From Mobula birostris (taxonomy: Eukaryota): a stretch of DNA of 64,000 nt. This document shows, piece by piece, positions 42,906 through 56,016 of the stretch. Each line of letters opens with the position of its first letter. Positions within the stretch are counted from its first letter, which is position 1. The position numbers and the translations under genes were made by a program. The notes under the pieces were generated by a model. The model was not told the DNA's origin and did not search any database. It saw only the letters and a program-made list of their open reading frames with translations. The stretch is taken from positions 7,660,984 through 7,724,983 of the forward strand of contig NC_092401.1 in assembly GCF_030028105.1 (NCBI RefSeq), given 5' to 3'.

Positions 42906-43869
42906 TTCTATGGAATCTTGCTTGTTTCATGATCAGCATCCTGTTAAATGGCATACATTCACACTGACACTGACGAATCCACTCTTTCAGTACACAGTCG
43001 AGATCTTCATTTTTCACTTTATGCAGTGTTTTTCATTAACTTCTGTTCATTACATATGTGAGGTAAGTTTTCAAAACTGGTCCACTGAGACCTGTGCATT
43101 GTCTGTGAAACTTTCCAGCACCTTGTGGAATTTCGGATAAGGGGTACTCAACCTGTAGTTGGTTATAACTATAATGTCATCATAGAGAACGAGAGGTCAC
43201 TCTGTGTTTGGGATGTGAAGACTGTGTGCCACCCTTTCAGACTTCTTGTCAGTGTGGGCTTTTAGCTTCAACCATGCATATTTCATTTTCCCTCTCATAT
43301 CTATATACTGACTAACTTCATTCTGTTTTCTGCCCTAATGCAAGGTTTGGCCCAAGATGCCAACCATCACTTTGCCTCCACCGATGCTGCTTGACCTGCT
43401 GAGTTCATGCACTACTTTAGTTTTTGGGGGGCCAGACTTAGAGGGGTGGTTGTTAAAGTTGTCTACATAGGAGTGTAGGATTACCTCTTTTTAGACGTGA
43501 TATTTAGAATTGCTGGTATTCGCACTTTTACTGACAACACAGAAATCAGAACACTACAGTGAAGAGTAACAAGGGAGCGATGGATGGCGGAGAACCCAAG
43601 TACAGAGTAAGGTCGAGAATTAACTCATACTCAGACTTGAAATAATCAAGATGACTCAGATGAAATTGAAGGGCGAAATCACGAACAGTAGTACTAGAGA
43701 TGGAAACCCTATGATTCAGCACTGAGTGCTCAGCATAAGGCTTCTGAGTACAGGAATATGGTTGGTAATAATTGGCAACCTGAGTCTTAAAGGGACATCA
43801 GCAGCTAGCCATACTCCAGCTAATTGGAGTGCCTTACATGGATGCCTGCCATGGTTCAGTTTGGGCCAT

Positions 43870-44210
43870 GACACCCGATGTTGACTCTGTGGTTAAGAAG
43901 GCATATGGTGCATTGGCCTTCATCAATTGTGGGATTGAGTTTAAGAGCTGGGAAGTAATGTTGCAGCTATATAGGACCCTGGTCAGACCCCACTTGGAGC
44001 ACTGTGCTCAATTCTGGTCGCCTCACGACAGGAAGGATGTGGTAACCATAGAAAGGATGCAGAGGAGATTTACAAGGGTGTTGCCTGAATTGGGGAGCAT
44101 GCCTTATGAGAATAGGTTGATTGAACTTGGCCTTTTCTCCTTGGAGTGATGGAGGATGAGAGGTGACCTGACAGAGGTGTACGAGATGATGAGAGACATT
44201 GAGAGTCTAG
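43870..44210 (+). mobile_element. CR1 3' fragment
   Basis: VKKAYGALAFI..LYRTLVRPHLEHCAQFWSP. Confidence 0.85.
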
Positions 44211-45062
44211 AGTGCTCATGTATTTTCCCACGTTTCTGAAACTTATTAAGTTCACTGGAAAAGGTATTATACTATTGAGTAAATATATAAAAAGGTGAAA
44301 TAAAATTGTGTTGGGATATTAGGAGTAATATCCAATAGCCCAGCAAATCTATTCATCTGCCACCACCAAATTCCTGAAGATGCCAAATAATTGGAATATT
44401 TACTGGAGTTTCTGTATGCCAGAGGCAGGGGAGGTGACTGTTTCATACAACAGACAATGATGTGCTAATCTACCAAAGTGGGCTGTTCCGATGGTGTTGG
44501 AATATCTTACTTTCTTTTTTTATTAACTTTTGGGATCTAGGTGCTGCTGGAAAGGCCAGAATTTAATACCCTTTTCTAATTAACCTTGAGAAAGTGTTAC
44601 AAGTCACCAACAGCAGCCACCGTGAGTTTTCCGATAAAGGCATCCCTTGACATCCATTTCAGATTGATCACTTGAAGGAACAGTTGAAGAGAGCAATGTT
44701 TATATATGCCTGCTCCCCTTCTTCATCTTGGTACAGGGGTTGCAGTTTTTGGAAGATGATATTGAAGAAGTCTAGGTGAATTAGTGCAGACAGCACTAAT
44801 CATGAACGGCACAACAAGTGGATCATGGATATCTGATAAACAAGAAGACAAAAAAGAAATTCATTTGGTTTTCTGGATCTGTGGAGGAGCTGTTTGTATT
44901 AATTTTCTCTAGATCTAGACCAGCAATGCCAGCTTTAATTGTGCTTACGAATGTGGTGTTCAGCCAACTTCTAGAACCACTGAAGTCCCTCTGGTGAAGA
45001 TACTCCCAGAATTCTGTTGAAAAAGTTTCGAGGACTTTGACCCAGTAACAATGATATCTCTT

Positions 45063-45621
45063 CTGTGGCCACTTTATTAGACACACCCGTACACTTGCTT
45101 TCTTCATGCAAATATTTAATTAGCCAATCACGAGGCAGCAACCCAATGCATAAAAGCATGCAGGCATGGTCAAGAGGTTCAGTTGTTGTTCAGAGCAAAT
45201 ATCAGTCCGGGGAAGAAATGTGTTCTAAGTGACTTTGACCATGAAATGATTATTCGTGCTAGACAATGTTTGAATATCGCAGAAACTGCTAATCTCCTGG
45301 GATTTTCATGCACGACAGTCTCTAGAATTTACAGAGAATGGTGCAAGAAACAAAAAAAAACATTAAGTGGATGGTAGTTCTGTAGGCAAAAACACCATGT
45401 GTTAACAGAGGTTGGAGGAGAATGGCCAGTATGGTTCAAGCTGGTGGAAAGATGACAATCACTACCCTGCATTACAACAGTGATGTACAAAAGAGTATCT
45501 CTGAATGCACAGCACCTTGAACTTTGAAGTGGACGGGCTACTGCAGCAGAAGACCACAAACATACACTCAGTGGCCATTTTATTTGGAACTTCCTGTACC
45601 TAATATAGTGGCTACTGAGTG
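45063..45621 (+). mobile_element. Tc1-like non-autonomous transposon
   Basis: gtggccactttatta ... taatatagtggctactgagtg|ta termini, an extra internal TIR copy at 45563, and an HTH remnant. Confidence 0.8.
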
Positions 45622-45829
45622 TATTTCTAAATCAGATGGAGTGTGACTTGACAGAGGGGTTTGGTATCATCCTGCTGATGGTGTTCCCAAGGCCTCATGC
45701 CATTATCTGCTTGGTAGCAGTCAGGGTCGGGAGGTGACAGAATAGCTCAGGCATTTTCTAGATGGTTCAGTTTGTGACTGATGGGGAGAGTATCAATGTA
45801 CAGAATGGTGAATATGTGACAAAAAGCTG

Positions 45830-46550
45830 AAGGACCTTAAGGTACATAGGTCACCTGGACCAGATGAACTGCATCCTAGGGTTCTGAAGGAGATAGCTGT
45901 AGAGATTGTGGTGGCATTAGAAATGATCTTTCAGAAATCATTGGACTCTGGCATGGTGCCAGAGAACTGGAAAATTGCAAATGTCACTCCACTCAAGAAA
46001 GGAGGAAGGCAGCAGAAGGAAATTATTGACCAGTTAGCCTGATCTCAGTGGTTGGGAAGTTGTTGGAGTCAATTGTTAAGGATGAGGTGATGGAGTACTT
46101 GGTGACACAGGACAAGATAGTACAAAGTCAGCGTGGTTTCCTTCAGGGAGAATCCTGCCTGACGAACCTGTTGTAATTCTTTGAGGAGATTACAAGTAGG
46201 TTAGATAAAGGGGATGTAGTGTATGTTGTATATTTGGACTTTTAGAAGGCTTTTGACAAGGTGCCACACATGAGGCTACTTACCAAGTTACAAGCACATG
46301 GCATTATAGGAAAGTTACTAACATGGTTAGAGCATTGGCTGATTGGTAGGAGGCAGCGAGTGGGAATAAAAGGATCCTTTTCTGGTTGGCTACCAGTGAC
46401 TAGTTGTGTTCCACAGGGGTCGGTGTTGGGACCACTTCCTTTTATGCTTTATGTAAATAATTTAGATGATGGAATAGATGGCTTTGTTTAAAAGTTTGCA
46501 GATGATATGAAGATTGTTGGAGGGGCAGGTGGTGTTGAGGAAACAGGTAG
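45830..46550 (+). mobile_element. CR1 RT fragment
   Basis: SPGPDELHPRVLKE..DWK.ANVTP; KVPHMRLL..PQGSVLGP. Confidence 0.85.
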
Positions 46551-46554
46551 GATA

Positions 46555-47690
46555 CATGAAATCCATATACACTATACCTACAGGTCTACCTTCAGCAATG
46601 TGTTTAGTCACATCCTCAAAACATTCAATCAGGCTCATAAGGCATGACCTGCCTTTGACAAAGCCATGCTGACTATTCCTAATCATATTATGCCTCTCCA
46701 AATGTTCATAAATCCTGCCTCTCAGGATCTTCTCCATCAACTTAGCAACCACTGAAGTAAGACTCACTGGTCTATAATTTCCTGGGCTATCTCTACTCCC
46801 TGTCTTGAATAAGGGAACGACATCCGCAACCCTCCAATCCTTCAGAACCTCTCCCGTCCCCATTGATGATGCAAAGTTCATTGCCAGAGGCTCAGCAATC
46901 TCCTCCCTCACCTCTCACAGTAGCCTGGGTTACATCTCGTCCGGTCCTGGTGACTTATCCAACTTTCACTATCTCCAAAATGCTCTCCTACTGAGAGACC
47001 TGACACCTGGCCAGGTTCATTTCCCAATACCAGATCAAGTACAGCTTCTCCTCTTGTAGGCTTATCTACATATTGTGTCAAGAAACCTTCCTGAACACAC
47101 CTAACAAACTCCAACCCATCTAAACCCCTTGCTCTAGGGACATGCCAATCGATATTTGGGAAATTAATATCTTCTACCACAACAACCCTGTTATTATTAC
47201 ACCTTTCCAGAATCTGTCTCCCTGTCTGCTTGTCGATATCCCTGTTACTAATGGGTGGTCACTAGTTATTGACTCCTTCCTGTTTCTAACCTCCAACTGC
47301 AGAGATTCTGTAGACAATCCCTCCATGACTTCCTCCTGTTCTGCAGCCGTGACACTATGTCTGATCAACAGTGCCACGCCCCCACCTCTTTTGCCTCCGT
47401 CCCTGTCCTTTCTCAAACATCTGAGACCTGGCACTCGAAGTAACCATTCCTGCCCCTGAGCCATCCAATTCTCTGTAATGGCCACAACATCATAGCTCCA
47501 AGTACTGATCCACGTTCTAAGCTCATCCGTTTTGTTCATAATACTCCTTGCATTAAAATAGCCACATCTCAAACAATCGGTCTGAGCACATCCCTTCCCT
47601 ATCACCTGCCTATCCTCTCTCTCGCACTGTCTCCAAGATTTCTCTATTTGTGAGCCAACCGCCTCCTCCTCCATCTCTTCAGTTCGGTTC
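46555..47690 (-). mobile_element. CR1 ORF2 (EN-RT) fragment with deletion
   Basis: YFNARSIMNK..VVAITENW; GDFNFPNIDW-like; NYRPVSLTSVV..QHGFVKGRSCL. Confidence 0.88.
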
Positions 47691-49089
47691 CCACCCCCAG
47701 CAATTCTAGTGTGGCTTTAAAATGATTTTCCAGGTAACCTGCTGGACTAGAAATCATATCCAAATAAGAAGTTATTTGTGAGGTGTTCTTTGATGTAATG
47801 TAACATGTAGGTTTATGAAGGGTGTGGTCTGTGTCTGCCCTGAGTGATTTGAGCTAGTTATAAGTTTCATAACTGATTTAGAACAAAGAGCAGTAAATTA
47901 CCCCAGTTATCACTAATGGAAGAAGGGCAATAAATGGACACATGGATATCAGAACAGGACCATGGCGAACACGTGGTTAGCATGGACTCCCTTTCTTGGT
48001 ATTACCTCTTCTCTTCTCTGATTGTTCTTGGAGTGTCAGGGAAACTTAGTAGGTGTGCACACAGGTAAATAATTGTGTAAATTCCCATGTTTTTCCATTG
48101 AAACAATAAAGGTACTTTCAGATTCTCTCTCTGCCTCTCTGATCATTATTACTAAGAGATAGATTCTTGTAACAATTCTCTTTGGTTGAAAATGGAATTG
48201 CATGACACTCTTGTGGCAAAGTATAACTTGCCACTTATCAGGTCATGCCAAAATGTGGTCTAGGTCTTGCTGCGTGCAGGCACAGACCGCTTCCTTTCCT
48301 GAAGAATTGAACAAATTAAAATCATGAGCAAATATCCCCACTTCTGACCTTATGATAGAAAGAAGCCATCGATGAAGCAACTGAAGATGGTTATGTCCAG
48401 GACAATAGCCTGACCAATGGTATCAGTGATATCTGGGTTTGGGATGACTGATCTCTAACAAGTGTCTCTAAACAAACTTTGCAAGATATTTGAGTCCAAT
48501 CATTCAACTGTTTTCCCTTTAATGCCAATTTATTTCAATTTCTTGTGATAGTCACAATATATTCATCAGTTTATTCTTCTTGTCTTATGTCTTTCTTTCC
48601 TTTTCAAGGTAGTTGCAGGTTTGTTGGAGCCTGTGTTCTACAGTTCAAGGTACGGCCCCTGCCATATGCATCCTGACACTGGGCTATCTCCAGGAGCAGC
48701 TTGGAAGACAGGTGCCCGGAAGAGCAGGCTTGTGGATGGCCTGTTTGCTCACCGATTTCGCCAACAGATGCATCATGTGAAACTGAAGCATTGAGACAGA
48801 GGGCAGTGCGCAATGTTTTCGGAGGAAGGTCTCTCGCAATCTCGCTCTCACTCTCGGGTCGTTGGGCTGAAGAAGTGACACAGATAATTGTAACAGCAGA
48901 ATAGTGAGTTGCTGGAGTCAGCCCTCCTTGCAACTTTTCTTTCCCTTGATGAAGAGAGAGGAAGAGAGATAGTCTATCTTAAATATCGGTGCTGGGTTAT
49001 GAACTGTAGATTTTGAAGGACTCTAGATCGATCGAGGTCTCTTTTTGGGGCTTTTGCTATTGCTTGCATTGTGGGGGGGGGTGTTTGGG

Positions 49090-49545
49090 TGGGTTCGGTG
49101 AAAATGATAAAGGGCTGGAGAAAGGGGAATCTGATAGGAGAGGGTAGAAGACAATGGAAGAAAAGGAATTCAGAAGAGCACCAGAGGGAAATGTTGGGCA
49201 GGTATGTAGATAACTTGAGAGAGGGAAATTCATATGGGAAATGATGATTGCGGGACAGGTGTCAATTACTGGAAGTTGGAGAAATCAGTATGAACAGATC
49301 CCCTGTCCTACAGTGCTTTATCTTTTTCACCAATCGACTTCCCAGCTACTTACTTCACCTCTCCGTCTCCCGGTTTCACCTTTTACCTGGTGCTTCTTCC
49401 TCCCCTCCCCCCACCTTCTTATTCTGACTTCTCATCTCTTCTTTCCATTCCTGTTGAAGGGTCTCTCTCCAAAATATCGACCGTTTACTCTTTTCCATTG
49501 ATACTGCCTGGCCTGCTGAGTTCCTCCAGCATTTTGTACGTGTTA
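49090..49545. mobile_element. Penelope-like 3' fragments in inverted arrangement
   Basis: Minus-strand piece 49090-49290 abuts plus-strand piece 49290-49545, which ends gctgagttcctccagcatttt. Confidence 0.55.
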
Positions 49546-50293
49546 CTCAGGTTTAATATCACTCGGCATTTGTCATGAAATTTGTTGACTTTGCAGCAGC
49601 GGTACAATGTAAAATATAATAATAGGGAAAAAACTGTACATTACATAAGTATATGTATATTAAATAGATTCATTAAGTAGTTCAAAAGTAGGAAGAAAGA
49701 GCAGTGAGGTAGTGTTTATGGGTTCAATGTTCATTCAGAAATCAGATGAGAGGGGAGAAGAAGCTGTTCCTGAATTGCTGAGTGTATGACTTCAGGTTTC
49801 TGTGACTCTTTCCTTATGACAGCAATGAGAACAAGGCCTGACCTGGGTGATGGGGTCTTTAATGATGGACGCTACTTTTTTGAATCATTGCTCCTAGAGG
49901 GTGTGCTGAATACTACGGAGGCTAGTGCTCATGATGGAGCTGACTAATTTAACAACAAATTGATCCTCTGCAGGAGCCAAGCGCTCCCCCAACCCCCATA
50001 CCAGACGACAATGCAGCCAGTGAGAATGCTCTCCATGGTATATCTATAGAAATTTTAGAGTGTATTTGGTGAAATACCAAATCTCCGTAAACTCCAAATG
50101 AAATATAGCAGCTGCCATGTCTTCTTTGTCGCCACATCGATATGTTGGGCGCAGGATAGATCCTCAGGGATATCGAGTCCCAGGAAGTTGAAATTGCTCA
50201 CTCTCTCCACTTAGGTTCCTTCTATGAGGACTGGCTTGTGTTCCCTCATCTGACCCTTTCTGAAGTCCACAATCTTGGTCTTATTGACGTTGG
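49545..50293 (-). mobile_element. Rex1/Babar LINE 3' fragment
   Basis: NVNKTKIVDFRKG motif; shares sequence with 7255-8000. Confidence 0.8.
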
Positions 50294-50759
50294 TTCCAAG
50301 TAATTCTTGGTGATTTTTACACTTTAGACCGTAATTTGCTGGATTGGATTTGTTGGAGTCTTTGCTGACAGGACAGAGTTGTAACTGTACTAGAACAGTT
50401 TGACTGGAGGCACAGCTAGTCCAGAAATGAAACACTCAACACAACAATCAATATGTTAACTGTCCCATAATCTTTGCTACATCCAGTCTTCTTGGCCATT
50501 TTATAGAAAAAGGACTGAATCAAATTTGGTAAATCTGGGTCTGAGGAGGAAGGTGAAATCCATTTGGCACTTTGGACGAAACCTGGTAGCGCATATTTCG
50601 ACTTGGTCTTTACCACTCACACACTGGGCCTGAATATTCTTGAAGCCTCTTCTTCAGATAGCTGATTAGTGACCAGTATTATTCATGCTTAAGACTGGAA
50701 GGACAGCAGAGTTTAATCTAGTATGTTGATTGTAAAATGGATTAATTCTTTGTATGACA

Positions 50760-51425
50760 CAGTCTTTTGTTCAGCTTGTGCTGGTGAGGTGGTTGGTAAG
50801 GACAAGTGGAACTCTATGACTGTTAACATGGCGGGTGGATAGGGTGATTGTGGAAATTTGGAAAATGGAGGACGTACGTGCCAGTGAAGTATCAATGGAA
50901 AAGGAAGGGAAACCATGTTCTTTGAAGAAGGTGAACATCATGAATGTCCTGGAAAGGAACAGGTAGCACATAGATGAAGGAACTGAGAAAAGGAACTGTA
51001 TTTTTACCTGAGGCCAGTTGGGAGGAGGTATAGTCAAGAGAGTTGTGCAAATTGGTAGGTTTATAAAAGACGTTGGTCAACAGTTTGTCTCCAAAGATAG
51101 AGATGTAGAGATTGAGAAAGGGGAAGGAGGTGTGGATGGATGTGGAGGCAAAGCTGATAATATTGACGAGCTCAGCATGGGTGCATGAAACAGCACCAAT
51201 GCAGTCATCAATGTAGCATGGAATATTTGCTGAGAATTACTGGGGAAGACTTGGAACATGGACTGTTCAACGCAGCCAAAGAAACAATAGGCCCAGCTGG
51301 CGCCCATGTGGATGCCCATGGCAATCCCTTGACTCTGAAGAAAGCGGGAGGAGCTGAAGGAGAAAGTGTTGAGGGTGATGAACAGTTCATGAACAGATGG
51401 AGGAGGGTGATGATGGAGGGGAACT
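50760..51425 (-). mobile_element. Penelope-like element RT fragment
   Basis: AMGIHMGAS.A..F.G.VEQSMF, (Y)IDDCIG-like, STNVFYKPT, FFKEHGFP, RVPLVLT. Confidence 0.8.
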
Positions 51426-52249
51426 AGTTTGTTCTTTTATTGAGAAGCCCCCTTGAAAGGATGCCACCGAGAACCGTTGATTCTGTTCCTCTACATATGT
51501 CAAGAGGAGGAGGAGCTGAATTCTCTCTCAGTGGGAAGTGTGTTTCTCAGAAGCAATGGTGGCATCGATATCTTTGAAACCCAGCGCAATACAGTTGGTA
51601 GAAGTAGTACTTCTGTGAGCCGATTAAAGTATATTATTGAGATTCTTTGCTGGTAGTTTAAATCCATATGCAGTAGTGAAGCAACAGGCACAGTGAGGGC
51701 CAAATAATTAGGCACCCTAATTCTGATGTAACTTAAAAATTAAGGCCCTTTAAACCTGCACTAATTATCACTGACCCTAATGTCCGCAGGATTAAAAGTG
51801 CCCTAATAAGGAAGTACAATTGAATAGCTATCCAGGTGCCAAATTTGTTCATGTCACCGCAATCCTGGAGAATGTACGTTGTACTTTGAGAATCTAGATC
51901 CATAGCTGGAAACAAAAAAAAGGTTATCCTCTTTCTTGGAATAAGTTATAAATAATAGATCACAGAAACTCCAAACAGCTACTAAACAGATTCAGAAACC
52001 AATAATAATGGCTAGTTCTATATCTCCTGATGCCAGTACTTGGGTCTTAGAAATATACTTTAGCCAGGCACTGCCAGAGCCAGAAAGGGTAACAATGAGG
52101 CAGCTAAATGATTATATTAAAACTATAGCATATTGTCAGTGTAGAAAGTTATTAAAAATCAGAATTCACCACATCCATTTGTTCCCCCCTTCAAATTTAT
52201 GAGATATGTCCTTAAAAACCAGACGGGTATGTCTGATTAGATGATGTTC

Positions 52250-52940
52250 CAAGTGAATTGGTTAATAGGTTCATTGTTGTCACATGTACCAAGGCACAGT
52301 TAAAAATGTATCTAGAGTACTGTTCATGCAGATCAATCCAATACAATAGTACATTGAGGTAAAACAATAATAGAGTGTAGAATAAAGTGTCACAGTTACA
52401 GAGGCAGGGCAGTGCAGGTAGGCATTAAAGTTCAAGGTCATAACAAGGTAGACTGTGAGGTTAAGAGTCCATCTTATTCTACTAGAAAACCATTCAATAA
52501 TCTTATAAAAGTGGGATGGAATCTAGTCTTCACCTTGGTGGTACATGCTTTCTGGCTTTTCTATTTTCTGCCCGATGGGAGGAGGACAAAGTGATAATGT
52601 CTGGGGTGTGTGTGATCTTTGATCAGGTTGACTGCCTTACTGAGGCAGTGAGACATTCGGACAGGGTCCATGGAGGGGTGGCTGAGATCGCTGATGTGAT
52701 GAGTGGTGTTTGCAACTCTCTGCTCTTTCTTTTGATCATGCGCTGAGCTGTTGCCAAGCTGTAATGCCTCCAGATAGGACGATTTCAATGGAGCAACAAT
52801 AAAAATTGGTGTAGGCCATGCCAAACTCCTTCCACCTCCTGAGGAAGTAGGGGCATTGGTGATCTTTCCTGGCATGGTTGGATGAGGACAGGCTGTTGGT
52901 GATGTTCACAGCTGGGAACCTGAAGCTCGCGAGCCTGTCA
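52250..52940 (-). mobile_element. Rex1-like LINE 3' fragment
   Basis: ORF 52561-52875 (CLSKAVNLIKDHTHP.H..F.LLPSGR) is typical of this LINE C-terminus. Confidence 0.7.
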
Positions 52941-52974
52941 CCTTAGTACTGTTGATGCATACAGGAGCATATGT

Positions 52975-54950
52975 ATATCCCCACTTCTCCCACTCCACCA
53001 TGCCTGTCAGACTCATGAAAAAGAGGGTTCATAAGAAGCAGACCAGGCCAAGAATAAAACTCAAGAGCCTGCCTGACACTGCAAACCAGCAGAACCCTCA
53101 GGCCTCGTTTGGGGAAAACCTCAAACAGGAATATACAGAGGATATCAAAGAACACTGGGATCTGCTTAAATCCACCATTCTCAACACCTGCAAAAACATC
53201 CTTGGACACCAGGCCAGACAACGTCAGGATTGGTTTGGTGATAATGACATGGAGATAAAGAAGGAAAGCCTTTTGTGCCTGGTAGAAAGTCATTGGCAAC
53301 AAGGACAAAAGAGGAGCACAAGGTGAGGGAGTAAAGTCTTGGAAATCCAGACACGAAAAGCTTCTTCAGCACCATCAAAGCAGTCTATGGCCCAAGTTAC
53401 TTTGGAGTAAACTCCCTATGCTCAAAGTTAGGAAAAGAAACTTTATGAAGGGTTGGAAAGGTATGAATATTTGATAGAGAGAGTACTTTCAAGAATTCCT
53501 TATCTGTGACAGAACTGCGATACCAGAGGTTGGTAACAAAATCCTTCAGAGACCTGTGAGAGAAGACATGGGAGACCACCCAGTATGAACAAGGTCCATC
53601 CGTCATGTCACCAGGAGCCTGAAAAGCAACAAAGCCATGGGTCCAGCTGGGGTCCCAGCGAAGATCCTCAAGGAAGATGAACCACACTCCTGCCCCACTT
53701 CCATGCCTTTCCCCTGAAGGTCTGGGAAAAAGAACAACTGCCCTCAGAGTGCAGGGATGCTCCAATAGAGACCATATTCAAGAAGGGAGATGAGGCAGAT
53801 TGTGGAAATACGGAAGCAGCTCCTCCCGTCAACAACAGGGAAAGTGTTCGCACGTATTCCTGTCAACCAACTCCTTCCACTATCTGAAGAAGTACCCCTT
53901 GAATCACAGTGTGGTTTCTGCCCTCCTTAAGGTACTGCAGACACGATCTTCACAGCACACCAATTATAGGAAAAATGCCATGAACAAAGGCAACCCTGTT
54001 ACTTGGCTTTCATAGATATGACAAAGGCATTTGATACAGTAGACTGCCAAGTTCTCTAGTGTATACTGTCAAAACATGGTTGTCCTGACAAGTACTTGGA
54101 AACACTGAGGCTACAGCTTCATGACAGCCCTATTACTCAGCAATGATGACACTGAATCAGAACTCTTCACTGTGAAGACAGGAGTCAAACAGATCTGCAT
54201 CATTCAACCAACCTATTTGCTATCTTTATTGCTGCCTCCCTTCATCTCATTGGACAAGACCTGCCCCAGGGAATCCCAATCGTGTATAGAATGGATAACA
54301 GGCTTTTCAACCTCATCTGGATCCAGACCAAGAACCAGGTCAGCACCACCACTATCATGGAGCTTCAGTATGCGGATGTCAACAGTATCACACACACCCT
54401 GACGAAGTTTTCCAACGTGTCCTGAATGCCGTTCCCAAGGCATATAGGGATCAGGGTCCTGTTTAGAATATAAAAAAGAGACATGGGTTCTATATCGCCC
54501 AACCAGCCACTTATTCAGCCTTTTATAAAAGTTGACGATATCACCCTTGAACCTGTGGACCACGTTCCTTACCTTGGCAGTATTCTCTAACTCACGTTTC
54601 CCCAAACAGATCCTTTACTTCCAGTTGAAGAAAGATCAACGAGCCTTTGGTGTGTAAAGAAAACACTTCAAAGGTCACATCGACATCAGCTGGAAGGAAT
54701 TCAACATTACATCTAAGATCTGGGAAGCCATTGCACTCAGTAGAGACACTTGGGGGAAATCTGTTCAGGAGGGAGCTGCGCCACATGAGAGCGATTTCTG
54801 CTGTGTTGCAGAAAACAAGCGGCCACTGTAAAAGGAGAAACTGAGCGACCAAGAGACCCAACCAGCAACCACAGCCACCATGTGCTCGTGTCTACACTGC
54901 ACCAGAACATGTGGATCCCAGACTGGCCACCACAGCCACCTGAGGAACCA
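52975..54950 (+). mobile_element. Degenerate RTE-clade LINE ORF2
   Basis: W.LLKSTI..LGHQARQRQDWFGDND, KAMGPAGVPA, DMTKAFDTVD, VKTGVKQ.C, ELQYAD. Confidence 0.8.
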
Positions 54951-55304
54951 GCAAGGAGAACATCTTACTCGGCTCGAGTGATCACACAACTCATCTGTCT
55001 ACAGTCCGCTCCACACACTAGCCCTGAATCAGTTCACAGCCTCAAGCCCTCTCCTGCAGAGTTCTCACCCAGACACTCTGTAGCAGTGAGGAACTTCTCT
55101 GCCCGATGAGTAATGCAGGCAGGAAGGCTCCAGGGGCACAGGTAGAAAAACCCTGGGATGAGTTACAAGTCAGTACTGTTAGTGTTCTATTTCCAGTGCA
55201 CGAAAATAGAAGATAAGAAAATATGGGTAAAAGAGAACTTTGTGAAAACAACTCAGCTCTCAGGATTTATTGTAGTGGCAGCCATGTCACTTTATGTGAA
55301 TTGT

Positions 55305-55720
55305 GACTTACTTACCACCCATTACACTTCTGGTGTTTAGGGCAGCAATGAAGGTCCTCCAGCTCAGGTGGTGTTGAGGGTTTCCTTCATCATGTCAGTA
55401 GCTTCCTCTGTTTTCTCTACTGTCGGTCATGCAAGTCCCGGGTGGAGACTCAGGAATACCGCTGGACTTAGATGTAGAAGGATTCTTTATTGCTGTTTCT
55501 GAAACAGTTTTGTTTCACAAGTTAGGGTTGCTAGCCCTGATCTGAAGCCCTGAACCTGGAGAACCAGTGAACAACTCTTCGTCTGGCTCTGCCCTTTGAC
55601 CTGCTTGGCATGGGTGACCTACCAAGAGCCAAATCATGAAGCCCTGACTCCCATCAACATGGCTCACTGCATTATTGAGGCACAGACAAGGACCACAACA
55701 AGGGTGTGTTCCTCTTGGAG
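55305..55720 (-). mobile_element. RTE-related short interspersed element
   Basis: Reverse gggcagcaatgaaggtcctcca...tagggttgctagccctga; recognised by pattern only. Confidence 0.4.
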
Positions 55721-55754
55721 GTGTGTGTGCATTGTGAATAAGATATCAACTTAC

Positions 55755-56016
55755 AATGGATCTTCATTAATTTGAAAATATACAAATATACTTCCACATC
55801 TTTCACACAAGTTGTGTTTTATCCCTGCCTTGACATTTATATTGCTCAGGAAATGTGAACAAATAAGGTATGTCAGCTTCCATGATGCTGCCCTAAATAG
55901 GAGAATGTTGGGGGTGGGGTGGATAACGGTGTTTCTGCTGGAGCTGCAGACCTCTGTAATCTCATCACCACATTCATCACTTTTACTGGAAACCCTGACA
56001 CAGTTTTGTGGTTTTT
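55755..56016 (-). pseudogene. Decayed last-Ig-domain exon of an upstream ICAM-like paralog
   Basis: Acceptor ttttcttag|AAAAACCAC and donor ATT|GTAAGT. CAAAACTGTGTCAGGGTTTCCAGT..GATGAGATTACA..CTCCAGCAGAAAC aligns with exon 7 CAAAACTGTGTCTGGGTTTTCAGT..GATGAAGTTACA..CTCCAGTGGAAAC. Length 262 nt breaks phase symmetry and there are internal indels. Confidence 0.75.

Larger units (their letters stand above)
41326..43156 (-). mobile_element. Tigger/pogo transposon remnant, interrupted by RTE and CR1 insertions
   Basis: TIR cggataaggggtactcaacctg|ta at 43135-43158. Transposase pieces KNEDLDCVLKEWIRQ (43017), YSAGYLQKFKKR.SIKFFKI (~41810-41890) and HEAAEKFIDEFAKII (~41480-41530). Confidence 0.8.

Noticed and set aside
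50295-50500. Possible decayed TM exon of the upstream pseudogene (DYGTVNILIVVLSVSF.. NYGLK)
   Set aside because: The hydrophobic run is short, a frameshift is needed, the acceptor lacks a pyrimidine tract, and similarity to exon 8 is not convincing by eye.
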